Of a DNA stretch of 64,000 bases, positions 18,774 through 29,782 are shown piece by piece. Source of the DNA: an uncultured Dictyoglomota bacterium. GTDB taxonomy: Bacteria; Dictyoglomota; Dictyoglomia; Dictyoglomales; Dictyoglomaceae. The DNA is taken from assembly GCA_964654465.1 (NCBI GenBank), contig CAZZIO010000035.1:1-64000 (forward strand). Direction: 5' to 3'. The translations under genes and the position numbers were made by a program. The notes under the pieces were generated by a model. The model was not told the origin of the DNA. It made no database searches and worked only from the letters and a program-made list of their open reading frames with translations. Numbering within the stretch: the first letter of the stretch is position 1; the number at the start of each line of letters is the position of its first letter.

Positions 18774-19517
18774 ATGGCACATGTATTAATGAAACAGCTC
18801 TTAGAAGCAGGAGTTCATTTCGGGCACCAGACAAAAAGATGGTGTCCAAAAATGAAAGAATACATATTTTCTGAGAGAAATGGTATCCACATTATTGATC
18901 TTCAAAAAACACTTGTTAAACTTGAAGAAGCTTATGAGTTTGTGAAGGAACAGGCAAAAGAAGGTAAAACTTTTCTTTTTGTAGGAACAAAAAAGCAAGC
19001 TCAACAGACCATTGAAGAAGAAGCAAAAAGATGTGGAGCGTTTTATGTTACACAAAGATGGCTTGGAGGTATGTTAACTAATTTTACTACTATAAAGGCA
19101 AGAATTGACTATATGATAAAATTAGAAGAGCTGAAGAATAATGGTTATTTTGAAAAGCTACCTAAAAAACAGGCATCAAGATTAAACAGAGAATTAGAAA
19201 AACTTGTAAAAATATTTGATGGCTTGAGAGGTATAGAGAGAGTTCCAGATGTATTGTATATAGTTGACCCCAAAAGAGAAGAAATTGCTGTAAAAGAAGC
19301 AAATAGGTTGGGTATACCTATTGTTGCTATTGTGGATACTAATTGTGATCCTGAATTAATCACTTATCCAATTCCAGGAAATGATGACGCAATAAGATCT
19401 ATAAAACTTATCACTTCAAAAATAGCAGATGCTATTATAGAGGGCAGAGATTTAAGAGAAAAAGAGCTTTCTCTTGAGTTTAAAGAAGAAGATCTTCAAT
19501 CAGAAATTTCAGAATAA
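18774..19517 (+). CDS. rpsB: 30S ribosomal protein S2
   Basis: [11 protein letters not shown] motif; SD GGAGGTG before ATG 18774. Confidence 0.98.
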   Translation: MAHVLMKQLLEAGVHFGHQTKRWCPKMKEYIFSERNGIHIIDLQKTLVKLEEAYEFVKEQAKEGKTFLFVGTKKQAQQTIEEEAKRCGAFYVTQRWLGGMLTNFTTIKARIDYMIKLEELKNNGYFEKLPKKQASRLNRELEKLVKIFDGLRGIERVPDVLYIVDPKREEIAVKEANRLGIPIVAIVDTNCDPELITYPIPGNDDAIRSIKLITSKIADAIIEGRDLREKELSLEFKEEDLQSEISE

Positions 19518-19545
19518 TTAATAAAAAGTAGGAGGTTGAATAAAG

Positions 19546-20142
19546 ATGGAAATAACTATTGAAATGATAAAGGAATTAAGAGAAAGGACAGGAGCAGGAG
19601 TAATGGAGGCTAAGAGAGCCTTGGAGGAAGCTAATGGAGATATGGAAAAAGCAGTTACCATATTGAGGGAAAAGGGTGTTATAAAGGCTGCTAAAAAAGC
19701 TGGAAGAATAGCAAAAGAAGGGATTATAGAGGCATATATACATACGGGAGAAAAACTTGGAGTTTTAGTAGAAGTAAACTGTGAAACAGACTTTGTAGCA
19801 AGAACAGATGAATTTAGAAGGTTAGCAAAAGAAATAGCTCTCCAGATTGCAGGAATGAACCCCCAATATGTAAGTAAAGAAGATGTTCCTCAAGAGGTTA
19901 TTGAAAAAGAAAAAGAAATATATAGAACTCAGCTTAAGAACGAAGGGAAACCTGACCATGTGATTGAAAAAATTATAGAAGGAAAACTTGAAAAGTTTTA
20001 TGAAGAAGTATGTTTATTAGAACAACCTTTTGTAAGAAATCCCGAAATAAAAGTAAAGGATTTAATAACTGAGGCCATATCCAAACTTGGAGAAAATATA
20101 GTGGTGAGAAGGTTTGCGAGGTTTGTTGTGGGAGAAGAGTAA
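19546..20142 (+). CDS. tsf: Elongation factor Ts (short ~198-aa form)
   Basis: LRERTGAG and [11 protein letters not shown] motifs. Confidence 0.97.
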   Translation: MEITIEMIKELRERTGAGVMEAKRALEEANGDMEKAVTILREKGVIKAAKKAGRIAKEGIIEAYIHTGEKLGVLVEVNCETDFVARTDEFRRLAKEIALQIAGMNPQYVSKEDVPQEVIEKEKEIYRTQLKNEGKPDHVIEKIIEGKLEKFYEEVCLLEQPFVRNPEIKVKDLITEAISKLGENIVVRRFARFVVGEE

Positions 20143-20146
20143 GTAT

Positions 20147-20896
20147 ATGGAACCTAAATATAAAAGAATACTTCTAAAAATAAGCGGAGAATCGTTCAGT
20201 GGAACTCAAGGTTTTGGTTTAGATCCTGAGAGTATTAAAAATATTGCTGAAGACATAAAAGAAGTTCATGATTTAGGGGTAGAAATAGGAGTTGTTGTAG
20301 GAGGAGGAAACTTTTTTAGGGGCAGAGAAAGTAGAACTTTAGGAATAGATAGGGTCACTGCTGATTATATGGGAATGTTAGCTACAACAATAAATGCTCT
20401 TGCATTACAGGATGCATTAGAAAAACTTGGAGTTGTAACAAGAGTACAAACAGGAATTGAGATGAGACAAATTGCTGAACCTTTTATAAGAAGAAGAGCC
20501 ATAAGACATTTGGAGAAGGGTAGAGTAGTAATTTTTGCAGCTGGAACTGGAAATCCTTTTTTCTCTACCGACACTGCTGCTGCTTTAAGGGCAGCTGAAA
20601 TTAAAGCAGAAGTTATTCTAAAAGAAACAAAGGTTGATGGAGTTTATAACAAAGATCCATTAAAGTATCCTGATGCTGAAAAATTTGATTCCATAGAACC
20701 GATTGAATTTCTTAAATTAAGATTGCAAGTTTTAGATGCTACAGCAGTTTCTTTATGTATGGATAATAAAATTCCTATAATTGTATTCAACATGTCCGAA
20801 CGAGGGAATCTTAGAAGAGTTATATTAGGAGAAAAAGTAGGAACCTATATAGGAGATGTTGAAATTATATCCGAGAAGGGGGGAGAAGATGGGTAA
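20147..20896 (+). CDS. pyrH: UMP kinase
   Basis: [19 protein letters not shown] and [10 protein letters not shown] motifs. Confidence 0.97.
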   Translation: MEPKYKRILLKISGESFSGTQGFGLDPESIKNIAEDIKEVHDLGVEIGVVVGGGNFFRGRESRTLGIDRVTADYMGMLATTINALALQDALEKLGVVTRVQTGIEMRQIAEPFIRRRAIRHLEKGRVVIFAAGTGNPFFSTDTAAALRAAEIKAEVILKETKVDGVYNKDPLKYPDAEKFDSIEPIEFLKLRLQVLDATAVSLCMDNKIPIIVFNMSERGNLRRVILGEKVGTYIGDVEIISEKGGEDG

Positions 20897-21446
20897 AGAG
20901 CATTTTAAAGAAATAGAAGAAAAAATGAAAAAGGCAGTAGAGGTTGTAAAAAAAGAATTTCAGGGTATAAGAACAGGTAAACCTTCTGTAGGAATATTTG
21001 ATGAAATAAAGGTTTCATATTATGGGAATCTTATGCCATTAAACCAAGTAGCAAGTCTTAAAGTGGCAGAAGGAAGAATAGTTATTATTCAGCCATGGGA
21101 CAAAAGTATTTTAGGAGAAATAGAAAAGGCTATATTAAAATCTGATCTTGGTTTGACCCCACAAAATGATGGTCAGGCGATAAAAGTTGTATTTCCACCA
21201 CTTACTGAGGAGAGAAGAAAAGAACTTGTCAAAGTGGTACATAAAGAGGCAGAAAATGGACGTGTAGCCATAAGAAATATTAGAAGAGATTATTTGGAAA
21301 TATTTAAAAAAGAAAAACAAGAAGGAAAAATATCAGAAGATGAATTTTATCGTCTACAAGAAGAACTGCAAAAACTAACTAACAAATTTATAGATGAAAT
21401 CGAGAAACTTATAAAATTAAAAGAGAAAGAGATTATGGAAGTTTAA
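20889..21446 (+). CDS. frr: Ribosome recycling factor
   Basis: [15 protein letters not shown] and RVAIRNIRR motifs. Confidence 0.97.
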   Translation: MGKEHFKEIEEKMKKAVEVVKKEFQGIRTGKPSVGIFDEIKVSYYGNLMPLNQVASLKVAEGRIVIIQPWDKSILGEIEKAILKSDLGLTPQNDGQAIKVVFPPLTEERRKELVKVVHKEAENGRVAIRNIRRDYLEIFKKEKQEGKISEDEFYRLQEELQKLTNKFIDEIEKLIKLKEKEIMEV

Positions 21447-21450
21447 ATCT

Positions 21451-21666
21451 ATGGGTTATTTAGGAAGAAAATACGAAGAAATAGAGAGAGAAATTGGCAA
21501 AGAAAATATAATTTTTGACTTAAACTATTTAGATGCACCATGCGAAGCCTTTGGAGATTTAAGAATAGTTGCTGAAAAAAGAGTAAATGGGAAGTGGTAT
21601 TTCTTATTATCATATGAAAATTACCAAATAAGAAACATCAAAGATGGTAGAGATTCCAAAAGATAA
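21451..21666 (+). CDS. Small hypothetical protein between frr and uppS
   Basis: 71-aa ORF filling the gap in operon orientation and overlapping the uppS start. Confidence 0.7.
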   Translation: MGYLGRKYEEIEREIGKENIIFDLNYLDAPCEAFGDLRIVAEKRVNGKWYFLLSYENYQIRNIKDGRDSKR

Positions 21667-22372
21667 ATTACCAAATCATATAGCTTTTATAATGGATGGA
21701 AATGGAAGATGGGCAAAAGAAAGAAATCTTCCGAGACTGATGGGACATAGAGAAGGTGCTTTGGTTGTTGAAAGAATATCTGAAACTGCCTTTAATTGGG
21801 GGATAAAATATTTAACCTTTTTTGCCTTTTCTACAGAAAACTGGAAAAGGCCAAGAGAAGAAGTAGAAGGTCTAATGAAACTTTTGGATGAAAGTATTGA
21901 TAACTTTAAAGACAAATTAATTAAAAACAATATTAGATTGAAGGTTATAGGAAATATAGAAGCTTTACCAGATTATTTACAAAGAAGAATAAGATATGTA
22001 ATTGAAGAAACTAAAAATGGGAAGGATAGAGTATTAACCATAGCATTAAACTATGGTGGAAGATGGGACATATTAGAGGCAGTAAAAAAGATTTTAAATG
22101 AGGTAAAATCTAAAAAATTCTCATTAGATGACTTAGACGAAAACACCTTTTCATCTTTTCTTTCAACCTATGATATTCCAGATCCAGATCTTTTAATAAG
22201 AACAAGTGGAGAATTTAGAATAAGCAACTTTCTTTTATGGCAATTAGCTTATACAGAGTTATGGTTTACACCAAAATATTGGCCTGATTTTAACGAAGAA
22301 GACTTAAAATTAGCCTGTATTGAGTTTTCTAAAAGAAAACGAAGATTTGGCGGTTTAGATAACAATGCTTAA
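21644..22372 (+). CDS. uppS: Undecaprenyl diphosphate synthase
   Basis: IMDGNGRWA, FSTENW and RTSGEFRISNFLLWQ motifs. Confidence 0.97.
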   Translation: MVEIPKDKLPNHIAFIMDGNGRWAKERNLPRLMGHREGALVVERISETAFNWGIKYLTFFAFSTENWKRPREEVEGLMKLLDESIDNFKDKLIKNNIRLKVIGNIEALPDYLQRRIRYVIEETKNGKDRVLTIALNYGGRWDILEAVKKILNEVKSKKFSLDDLDENTFSSFLSTYDIPDPDLLIRTSGEFRISNFLLWQLAYTELWFTPKYWPDFNEEDLKLACIEFSKRKRRFGGLDNNA

Positions 22373-23147
22373 AAGAATTTTTACTGCCTTATGGGGAATT
22401 CCCTTAATTTTATGGATTGTTCATGTAGGTGATCAACCTTTCTTTATATTTGTGGTATTAGTCGCATGTTTAGGACTTTACGAATTTTATTCTCTTTTAG
22501 AGAAAAATAATTATAAAACTCTTAAAACAGAAGGTATAGTAGCTGGTTTTTTATATTTAACCTTTCTTTATCTCGAAAGTAGATGGGCTCTGAGAATTTT
22601 TTTACCTCTACTTATAGTTTCAATCCTTGTATATGAATTACTGAAAAAAGAACATTCTATAATAGAAATATCACTAACCTTCTTAGGCTTCTTTTATATT
22701 CCTTTTTTATCGGGCTACTTTTTGTTATTGAGAAATCTTCCTCAAGGTGAAGTATTAACTTATTATACCCTTTTTGTTACTTGGGTTAGTGATTCAGCAT
22801 CATATTTTATAGGTAAGTTTTTTGGTAAGCATAAATTAGCACCTTCTATTAGTCCTAACAAAACAATAGAAGGGACTGTTGCAGGTATTATAGGATCAAT
22901 TATAGTATCTCTTGCTTTTGGGGCTGTTTATTATGAAAAATATTTATTACCTATAATTCTTGGAATATCCTTAGGTATAATGGGACAATTAGGAGATCTT
23001 GTAGAATCAATGTTAAAAAGAGAAATAGGGGTAAAGGACTCATCTTCCTTACTTCCAGGTCATGGTGGGATTTTAGACAGATTTGATAGTCTATTTTTTA
23101 TTGTACCTACTACTTATTACATGTTGTTTATTTTACGATTATTATGA
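22365..23147 (+). CDS. cdsA: Phosphatidate cytidylyltransferase
   Basis: ISPNKTIEG and KDSSSLLPGHGGILDRFDS motifs. Confidence 0.96.
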   Translation: MLKRIFTALWGIPLILWIVHVGDQPFFIFVVLVACLGLYEFYSLLEKNNYKTLKTEGIVAGFLYLTFLYLESRWALRIFLPLLIVSILVYELLKKEHSIIEISLTFLGFFYIPFLSGYFLLLRNLPQGEVLTYYTLFVTWVSDSASYFIGKFFGKHKLAPSISPNKTIEGTVAGIIGSIIVSLAFGAVYYEKYLLPIILGISLGIMGQLGDLVESMLKREIGVKDSSSLLPGHGGILDRFDSLFFIVPTTYYMLFILRLL

Positions 23148-24286
23148 GAAACATAGTAATATTAGGTGCTTCTGGATCAATAGGCATACAAACTATAGAC
23201 GTGATAAGAAAACATAAAAACAAGTTTAAACTTTTGGGGTTAGCTGTAAGGGAGAATATATCATTATTACAAGATGTAATAGAAGAATTTAAACCCCCCT
23301 ATATCTCTATTTATAATAAATCAGTAAAATTACCAAATTTAAATTATTCACCTAAAGTTTATTATGGAAGAGAAGGTTTAGAAATTTTAGCCTCTTTAAG
23401 CGAAGCAGAACTGATTGTTATAGCTATTTCGGGGATAGAGGCTATTTACCCTACTCAAAAAGCAATTTTAAATAATAAAAAAATCGCCTTAGCCACAAAA
23501 GAAGTAATCGTTGCTGCAGGAAAATTTATTAAAGAGTGGCTAAAAAATACAAAATCAGAAATAATACCTGTAGATAGTGAACACAGTGCTATATTCCAGC
23601 TTATTAAAAATAGGATCCATATAGAGAATATTATATTAACAGCATCAGGGGGACCTTTCTTTAAAAATGATAAAAAAGATATTGAAAATGCAAAAATAGA
23701 GGATGTATTGAAACATCCCCGATGGAAAATGGGGAAAAAAACTACTGTTGATTCTGCAAATCTGGTTAATAAAGCCTTAGAAATCGTGGAAGCTCATTAT
23801 CTTTTTAATGTACCGTATGAAAATATTAAAGTTGTTATACATCCACAGAGTATCGTTCATGGAATCATTGAATTATTAGATGGTAGTATGATGGCATATC
23901 TTTCACCTCCCGATATGAGGTTTGCAATTCAATATGCTCTTTTTTATCCTGAAGGACCAATTTATAAATGGGAAAAATTAAACCTCCAAAATTTAATACT
24001 TGAATTTTATCCAGTTGATGATGACATGTTCCCTATTATTAAATATCTTTATAATGTGGTAAAAAACGGTGATATATATCCTGCAATTCTTGCTATTTCT
24101 GATGAAATATTTGTTTCATATTTTATAAATGGACAAATAAGATTTTCTCAAATTGTTCCATTAATAATGGAACTTATGGAAAAATGGAAAGGAAAAAGTA
24201 ACATTGACAACATTGATGAATTGTTTAGCCTTATTGAATGGGTTAAAAAAGAATCGGAAAATCTTATTAAAACCTACTCTTCTTAA
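23144..24286 (+). CDS. dxr: 1-deoxy-D-xylulose 5-phosphate reductoisomerase
   Basis: LGASGSIG, PVDSEHSAIFQ and LTASGGPF motifs. Confidence 0.95.
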   Translation: MRNIVILGASGSIGIQTIDVIRKHKNKFKLLGLAVRENISLLQDVIEEFKPPYISIYNKSVKLPNLNYSPKVYYGREGLEILASLSEAELIVIAISGIEAIYPTQKAILNNKKIALATKEVIVAAGKFIKEWLKNTKSEIIPVDSEHSAIFQLIKNRIHIENIILTASGGPFFKNDKKDIENAKIEDVLKHPRWKMGKKTTVDSANLVNKALEIVEAHYLFNVPYENIKVVIHPQSIVHGIIELLDGSMMAYLSPPDMRFAIQYALFYPEGPIYKWEKLNLQNLILEFYPVDDDMFPIIKYLYNVVKNGDIYPAILAISDEIFVSYFINGQIRFSQIVPLIMELMEKWKGKSNIDNIDELFSLIEWVKKESENLIKTYSS

Positions 24287-24408
24287 ATATAGTACCCGTT
24301 TATTAGAATTAGAGTTCATATAATCTATTTTGGAATTCTATATTTGTTGAATTTTTGCTAAAATCAATCTAAAATTTGTATAATACTAATTCTTAGGAGG
24401 AATCATTT

Positions 24409-24513
24409 ATGAGGAAATGGAAAATGATTAAAAAGATAGAAACAAAAGAAGATGGTAGGCTTATGTATTATTACGATTTTGAATTAGAGGGAGAGATTAA
24501 CGATGAGCAGTGA
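24409..24513 (+). CDS. 34-aa peptide upstream of galT, not in the ORF track
   Basis: SD AGGAGG at 24395-24400; MRKWKMIKKIETKEDGRLMYYYDFELEGEINDEQ; overlaps the galT start; TATAAT at 24379-24384. Confidence 0.7.
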   Translation: MRKWKMIKKIETKEDGRLMYYYDFELEGEINDEQ

Positions 24514-25462
24514 ACTTAGATGGCATCCATTTTTAAAAGAATGGGTAATTGTGGCTGGTAAGGTCCAAGAAAGACCTGTTCTTCCAGCAAGAAATGCATG
24601 CCCATTATGCTATGGAGGTGTAGAGATTCCAAAACCTTTTGATATAGCAGTTTTCGAAAATAGATATCCATCCTTAACAAAAGAAACTCCTGATATTATA
24701 CCTTGGGAAGATGATTTGTATAAATTAGAAGAGGGAAGAGGAGTATGTGAAGTTGTTCTTTATACTATGGATCATGATTCCTCCATGTCGAGAATGCCCT
24801 TAGAACAAATAGAAAAGTTAGTTTTAGTTTGGGAAGACAGATACAAGGATTTAGGAAGTCTGGATTTTATAAAATATGTTTTTATATTTGAAAATAGAGG
24901 AGAAATTATAGGTGTAAGTTTACACCACCCGCATGGACAAATATATGCTTTTCCTTATATTCCTCCAATTATAGAAAAAGAGATTATATCAAGCGATGAA
25001 TTTTATAATCAAAAGAATAAATGTCTCTTTTGTTCAATTCTGGAAAGAGAACTTAGTGAGGGAGTAAGAGTTGTATATGAGAACAAACATTTTGTAGCTT
25101 TTATGCCCTTTTATGGAAGATATCCTTTTGAATTACATATATACTCTAAAAGACATGTAGGATCTCTTTCAGAGATGACATATGCTGAAAAAATATATCT
25201 TGCTGAAATAATTCAGAAAATCACAAAAGCCTATGATAATGTATATGGCTTTAACTTTTCCTACATGATGGTTTTTCATCAAAAACCTGTAAAAGGTGAC
25301 TTTCCTAATTATCATTTTCATATAGAATTTTATTCCCTACATAGAGCAAAAGACAAAATAAAATATTTAGCAGGAGTAGAGTCGGGTGCCGGAACTTTTA
25401 TAAACCCTTTATCTCCAGAAGAATCTGCTGAACTTATGAGGGATAGTATAAGGAGGCTTTAA
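24503..25462 (+). CDS. galT: Galactose-1-phosphate uridylyltransferase
   Basis: FENRYP and FENRGEIIGVSLHHPHGQ motifs. Confidence 0.96.
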   Translation: MSSELRWHPFLKEWVIVAGKVQERPVLPARNACPLCYGGVEIPKPFDIAVFENRYPSLTKETPDIIPWEDDLYKLEEGRGVCEVVLYTMDHDSSMSRMPLEQIEKLVLVWEDRYKDLGSLDFIKYVFIFENRGEIIGVSLHHPHGQIYAFPYIPPIIEKEIISSDEFYNQKNKCLFCSILERELSEGVRVVYENKHFVAFMPFYGRYPFELHIYSKRHVGSLSEMTYAEKIYLAEIIQKITKAYDNVYGFNFSYMMVFHQKPVKGDFPNYHFHIEFYSLHRAKDKIKYLAGVESGAGTFINPLSPEESAELMRDSIRRL

Positions 25463-25464
25463 AG

Positions 25465-26610
25465 ATGCTTGATGAAACCATTAAGAGGATTTTTGACGAT
25501 ATAGAAGGATTTAGAATTTTTAGAGCTCCTGGAAGAGTAAATCTCATAGGTGAACATACTGATTATCATTATGGATTTGTGTTACCAGTAAGTATTGATA
25601 GATATTTTTATTTTTGCATTAAGGAAAATAATCTCAATAAATTTAGAATATATTCGGAAAATTTTACAGAACTTTATGAATTTGACTATGACTCTATCAA
25701 ATATGATCCCGAAAAACTTTGGATAAATTATTTAAAAGGAGTTATCAATGAAATTATAAAACTGAAAGGTAAAATACCTTATTTTGACGCATTAATATAT
25801 GGCGATATACCAATGGGATCTGGACTTTCAAGTTCTGCAGCCTATGAAGTTGCTGTAGCTTTTGGAATAAATACTTACTTTAATCTTGGAATAGATAAAA
25901 AAGAGATTGCTAGATTATCTCAAAGAGCTGAAAATAATTTTGTGGGTGCACCATGTGGTATTATGGACCAGTTTATCGCTACTTTTGGTAAAGAAAATAC
26001 AGCCTTGTTTATCGATACATTAACTTTGGATTTTGAGAATGTACCTTTTGATCTAAATAAGAGAAATTTAAAATTAGTGGTGGTTGATACAAAAATTAAG
26101 CATTCTATTGCTGGTGAAGGATACTCTACAAGGAGAAGGGAAGGGGAGGAAGCCTTAAAAATTCTTAGGAAATATCTTCCCATAAATTCACTTAGAGACT
26201 TAAATGATGAAAGTTTTAAAATATCACAAGAAGTCTTGCCTTCACCATTAAAAGAAAGAGTCGCTCATGTTTATAACGAAAATAAAAGGGTTGTTGCTTT
26301 TGTTGATGATCTCAAAAGAAATAATTGGGAAAATCTTCCTAAATATATGTTAGATTCCCATTTAAGTTTAAAGTATCTCTATGAGGTTACTTGTGAAGAA
26401 TTAGATTTTTTAGTAGAAAAAGCCTTAGAATATGGTGCATTTGCATCGAGAATGACAGGTGGCGGTTTTGGAGGATCAACAGTAAATTTAGTTCATCAAG
26501 ACATATTAGATAAATGGTCTGATAACATTTCTAAGAGCTATAGAGAAAAATTTGGTTTTGATCCAGGAATTTTATTACTAAATATCTCAGATGGGGTGCG
26601 GGAGATTTAA
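25465..26610 (+). CDS. galK: Galactokinase
   Basis: APGRVNLIGEHTDY, GSGLSSSAA and RMTGGGFGG motifs. Confidence 0.97.
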   Translation: MLDETIKRIFDDIEGFRIFRAPGRVNLIGEHTDYHYGFVLPVSIDRYFYFCIKENNLNKFRIYSENFTELYEFDYDSIKYDPEKLWINYLKGVINEIIKLKGKIPYFDALIYGDIPMGSGLSSSAAYEVAVAFGINTYFNLGIDKKEIARLSQRAENNFVGAPCGIMDQFIATFGKENTALFIDTLTLDFENVPFDLNKRNLKLVVVDTKIKHSIAGEGYSTRRREGEEALKILRKYLPINSLRDLNDESFKISQEVLPSPLKERVAHVYNENKRVVAFVDDLKRNNWENLPKYMLDSHLSLKYLYEVTCEELDFLVEKALEYGAFASRMTGGGFGGSTVNLVHQDILDKWSDNISKSYREKFGFDPGILLLNISDGVREI

Positions 26611-26625
26611 ATCTCCCGCATTTTT
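26597..26625 (+). terminator. Perfect 24-bp palindrome plus T5 spanning the overlapping galK/cimA stops
   Basis: TGCGGGAGATTT|AAATCTCCCGCA followed by TTTTT. Confidence 0.75.
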
Positions 26626-28181
26626 AGAATTCCATATTCTATACTCTGGACTAATGCTTCCCAGCTTGCTTCGATAATATTAGTTGAAACTCCCACAGTA
26701 CTCCAAGTTTCTCCTTTAAAATTAGAAGAATCAATTAATACTCTTACCTTTGCTGCAGTACCTGCACCTCCATTAAGTACTCTGACTTTGAAATCTGAAA
26801 GATGAATGTTTTTTAACTCTGGGTAGAACTCAATAAGAGCTTTTCTCAATGCTTGATCTAATGCATGTACAGGACCATCCCCATCGGCTGCAACGTGAAC
26901 CACATTATCTCCGATTTTTAATTTTAATGTTGCTTCAGTAATAGTTTCACCTTTATCTCCAATTTTCTCTATAATAACTCTCAATCCTATTAGATCAAAT
27001 AATTTAGTTTCTTGCCCTAAGGCATGTCTTACTAAAAGCTCAAATGAAGCTTCTGCACCTTCAAAATAGTAACCCTCATTTTCAAGATGGGTAATCTGTT
27101 CTAATATCATTTTTGCGAGAGGTGAATCTCTATCAATATCAATATTTAATTCTTTTACTTTTGATACTATCGTACTTGTACCTGAAAGTTCAGATATGAG
27201 AAATCTTCTTTTATTTCCTACTTTTGATGGATCAATATGTTCGTAAGACCTGGGATTTTTTAACACAGCATTTACATGCACTCCACCTTTGTGAGCAAAA
27301 GCACTTCTTCCAACAAAAGGAGCAGTAGGATCAGGAGGAAGATTTGCCACTTCAGAAACCCAATTAGCTAAATCTGTAAGCTGAGCTAATTTATCTTCTG
27401 GAAGTACCTCATATCCCATTTTTAATTGAAGAATTGGAATTATTGTACATAGATTTGAATTTCCACATCTTTCTCCATATCCGTTTATAGTTCCTTGAAC
27501 CTGTGTAGCTCCTTCTCTAACTGCTATTATTGAATTAGCAACTGCAACACCACTATCGTTGTGAGTATGAATACCTAAAGGAACTTTTATTCTCTCTTTT
27601 ACTTTTTTCATAATTTCTTCTACTTCCCATGGTAGTGTACCACCATTTGTATCAGCTAATACAATCCAATCAGCTCCTCCTTCGACTGCAGCATCTAATG
27701 TAGCCAAAGCATATTCCGAATCAGACTTGAAGCCATCAAAGAAATGTTCAGCATCATATATTACTTCTTTATTATGACTTTTTAGATATTTAACTGAATC
27801 ATATATCATTTTAAGATTATTATCTAAAGTAGTTTTCAAAACTTCCATAACATGAAGATCCCAAGTCTTTCCAAAAATTGTAACCACAGGGGTTTCGCTT
27901 TCTAAAAGAGATTTTAAATTAGCATCATCCTCCGGTGTTACCTGGGCTCTTCTTGTACTCCCAAAGGCTGCTATCTTGGCTTTTTTAAGTGGTATTTCCT
28001 TAATTCTTTTGAAGAAATTTAAATCCTTAGGATTAGAACCTGGCCATCCTCCTTCTATGTAATCAAAACCAAATTCATCAAGTTTTTGAGCTATTCTAAT
28101 TTTATCTTCTAAAGAAAAAGAAATTCTTTCACTTTGAGCTCCATCTCTTAAGGTAGTATCATATAAAAAGATTTTTGTCAT
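26607..28181 (-). CDS. cimA: Citramalate synthase
   Basis: YDTTLRDGAQ, EGGWPGSNPKD, DAEHFFDG and AFAHKGGVH motifs of the bacterial CimA subfamily. Confidence 0.9.
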   Translation of the reverse strand: MTKIFLYDTTLRDGAQSERISFSLEDKIRIAQKLDEFGFDYIEGGWPGSNPKDLNFFKRIKEIPLKKAKIAAFGSTRRAQVTPEDDANLKSLLESETPVVTIFGKTWDLHVMEVLKTTLDNNLKMIYDSVKYLKSHNKEVIYDAEHFFDGFKSDSEYALATLDAAVEGGADWIVLADTNGGTLPWEVEEIMKKVKERIKVPLGIHTHNDSGVAVANSIIAVREGATQVQGTINGYGERCGNSNLCTIIPILQLKMGYEVLPEDKLAQLTDLANWVSEVANLPPDPTAPFVGRSAFAHKGGVHVNAVLKNPRSYEHIDPSKVGNKRRFLISELSGTSTIVSKVKELNIDIDRDSPLAKMILEQITHLENEGYYFEGAEASFELLVRHALGQETKLFDLIGLRVIIEKIGDKGETITEATLKLKIGDNVVHVAADGDGPVHALDQALRKALIEFYPELKNIHLSDFKVRVLNGGAGTAAKVRVLIDSSNFKGETWSTVGVSTNIIEASWEALVQSIEYGILKMREI

Positions 28182-28187
28182 GAATTA

Positions 28188-29279
28188 CTAAGCACCTCCT
28201 TCAATTATCTTACAAACCAAATCACCCATTTCTTCTGTACTTACTAATTGCTTTGCGTAGGGATTTCCTGTAAATAAATCTTGTGTAAAGTATCCACTAT
28301 CAATTACTTTATCCACTGCATTTTCTATATCCTTTGCTTCTTTTTCTAAGTCAAAAGAATAACGGAACATCATAGCCACAGAAAGAATTGTTGCCAAAGG
28401 ATTTGCTATATTTTTTCCTGCAATATCTGGAGCTGTACCATGAATAGGCTCATATAAACCTTTTGTCCCTTCCCCTAAACTTGCTGAGGGTAACATTCCT
28501 ATTGAGCCTGTAATTACTGCTGCTTCATCACTTAAAATGTCTCCAAAAGTATTTTCAGTAAGAATTACATCAAACTGTTTAGGATTTCTTACAATCTGCA
28601 TAGCACAATTATCTACGTACATATGCTCTAAATTCACATCCATGTATTCTTTACTTACTTCATCCACAATCTTTCTCCATAACCTTGAACATTCCAATAT
28701 ATTCGCCTTATCTACTGATGTAACTTTTTTATTTCTTTTTTGAGCCATTTTAAAAGCCACATGAGCAATTCTTTTTATTTCAGAAGCTTTATATGTCATA
28801 GTATCTATAGCCATTTCTTCTCCATTTTCAACCCTTATCTCCTTGGGTTTTCCAAAATATAGTCCTCCGGTAAGCTCTCTAACTATTACAAAATCTACTC
28901 CTTTTAAAACCTCTGGTTTTATAGTAGATGAAAATGAAAGTTTTTCAAATACTTTAATTGGCCTAATATTAGCAAAAAGATTAAAGCCACCTCTAAGTTT
29001 TAAAAGAGCTTTTTCAGGACGTTTTTCACCCGGAAGATTGTCCCACTTAGGTCCACCTACAGCTCCAAGTAGTATAGCATCGCTTTCTTCACATAATTTC
29101 CATGTCTCATCAGGCAAAGGATCTCCATATTTATCAATTGCTTCTCCTCCAACAATACCCTCTAACAATTCAATCTTATGCCCATATTTTTTCTCAATAG
29201 TTTTAATAACTTTAATAGCTTGCTTAACTACTTCAGGACCTATGCCATCACCAGGAAGTACTGCTATCTTAAGCTTCAT
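28188..29279 (-). CDS. leuB: 3-isopropylmalate dehydrogenase
   Basis: [10 protein letters not shown] and [12 protein letters not shown] motifs. Confidence 0.97.
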   Translation of the reverse strand: MKLKIAVLPGDGIGPEVVKQAIKVIKTIEKKYGHKIELLEGIVGGEAIDKYGDPLPDETWKLCEESDAILLGAVGGPKWDNLPGEKRPEKALLKLRGGFNLFANIRPIKVFEKLSFSSTIKPEVLKGVDFVIVRELTGGLYFGKPKEIRVENGEEMAIDTMTYKASEIKRIAHVAFKMAQKRNKKVTSVDKANILECSRLWRKIVDEVSKEYMDVNLEHMYVDNCAMQIVRNPKQFDVILTENTFGDILSDEAAVITGSIGMLPSASLGEGTKGLYEPIHGTAPDIAGKNIANPLATILSVAMMFRYSFDLEKEAKDIENAVDKVIDSGYFTQDLFTGNPYAKQLVSTEEMGDLVCKIIEGGA

Positions 29280-29782
29280 TATTTCCCTCCTTTAATTCTT
29301 TCCTTAGCAAAATTAATTAGACCACCTTTTTTAATTATTTCTTGAATAAGGGGAGGGAAGGGGAATGTTTTAAAAGTCTCTCCCGTTGTTATGTTCTTTA
29401 CAATCCCATTATCAAAATCTACTTCTATTTCGTCTCCTTCTTTTATTTTATCAACTGATTCTGGTACCTCCAATATTGGTAAGCCAATATTTATAGCATT
29501 TCTATAAAATATACGAGCAAAGGATTTTGCTATTATACATTGAACTCCAGAAGCTTTAATTGCAATAGGGGCGTGTTCCCTGGAAGAGCCACAGCCAAAA
29601 TTTTCTCCTACTACTAATATATTTTTTTCTTTTACTTTATTTTTAAAGTACAAATCAAGATCTTCCATACAATGTTCAGAAAGTTCCTTAGGATCGGTTG
29701 TATTTAAGTATCTTGCAGGGATAATTACATCGGTATCAATATTGTCTCCATATTTTAATGCAAACCCTCTAAACACCATCAT
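29279..29782 (-). CDS. leuD: 3-isopropylmalate dehydratase small subunit
   Basis: [13 protein letters not shown] and [11 protein letters not shown] motifs. Confidence 0.96.
   Translation of the reverse strand: MMVFRGFALKYGDNIDTDVIIPARYLNTTDPKELSEHCMEDLDLYFKNKVKEKNILVVGENFGCGSSREHAPIAIKASGVQCIIAKSFARIFYRNAINIGLPILEVPESVDKIKEGDEIEVDFDNGIVKNITTGETFKTFPFPPLIQEIIKKGGLINFAKERIKGGK

Noticed and set aside
18570-18782. Minus-strand 70-aa ORF and the Arg-rich upstream extension of rpsB from 18642
   Set aside because: Both overlap the t44 leader and promoter; the real rpsB start with an SD is 18774
19546-20142. Short EF-Ts as a truncation
   Set aside because: A ~200-aa dimeric form is normal in Thermus, Thermotoga and cyanobacteria
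28843-29295. 150-aa antisense ORF, and the many other 60-120 aa shadow ORFs
   Set aside because: They lie antisense to or inside well-supported genes, with Ser/Pro/Ile/Phe-rich shadow composition and no recognisable motif
29349-29364. GGGGAGGGAAGGGGA, similar to the complement of the sRNA loop
   Set aside because: It is on the non-coding strand of leuD and explained by Phe-Pro-Phe-Pro-Pro codons
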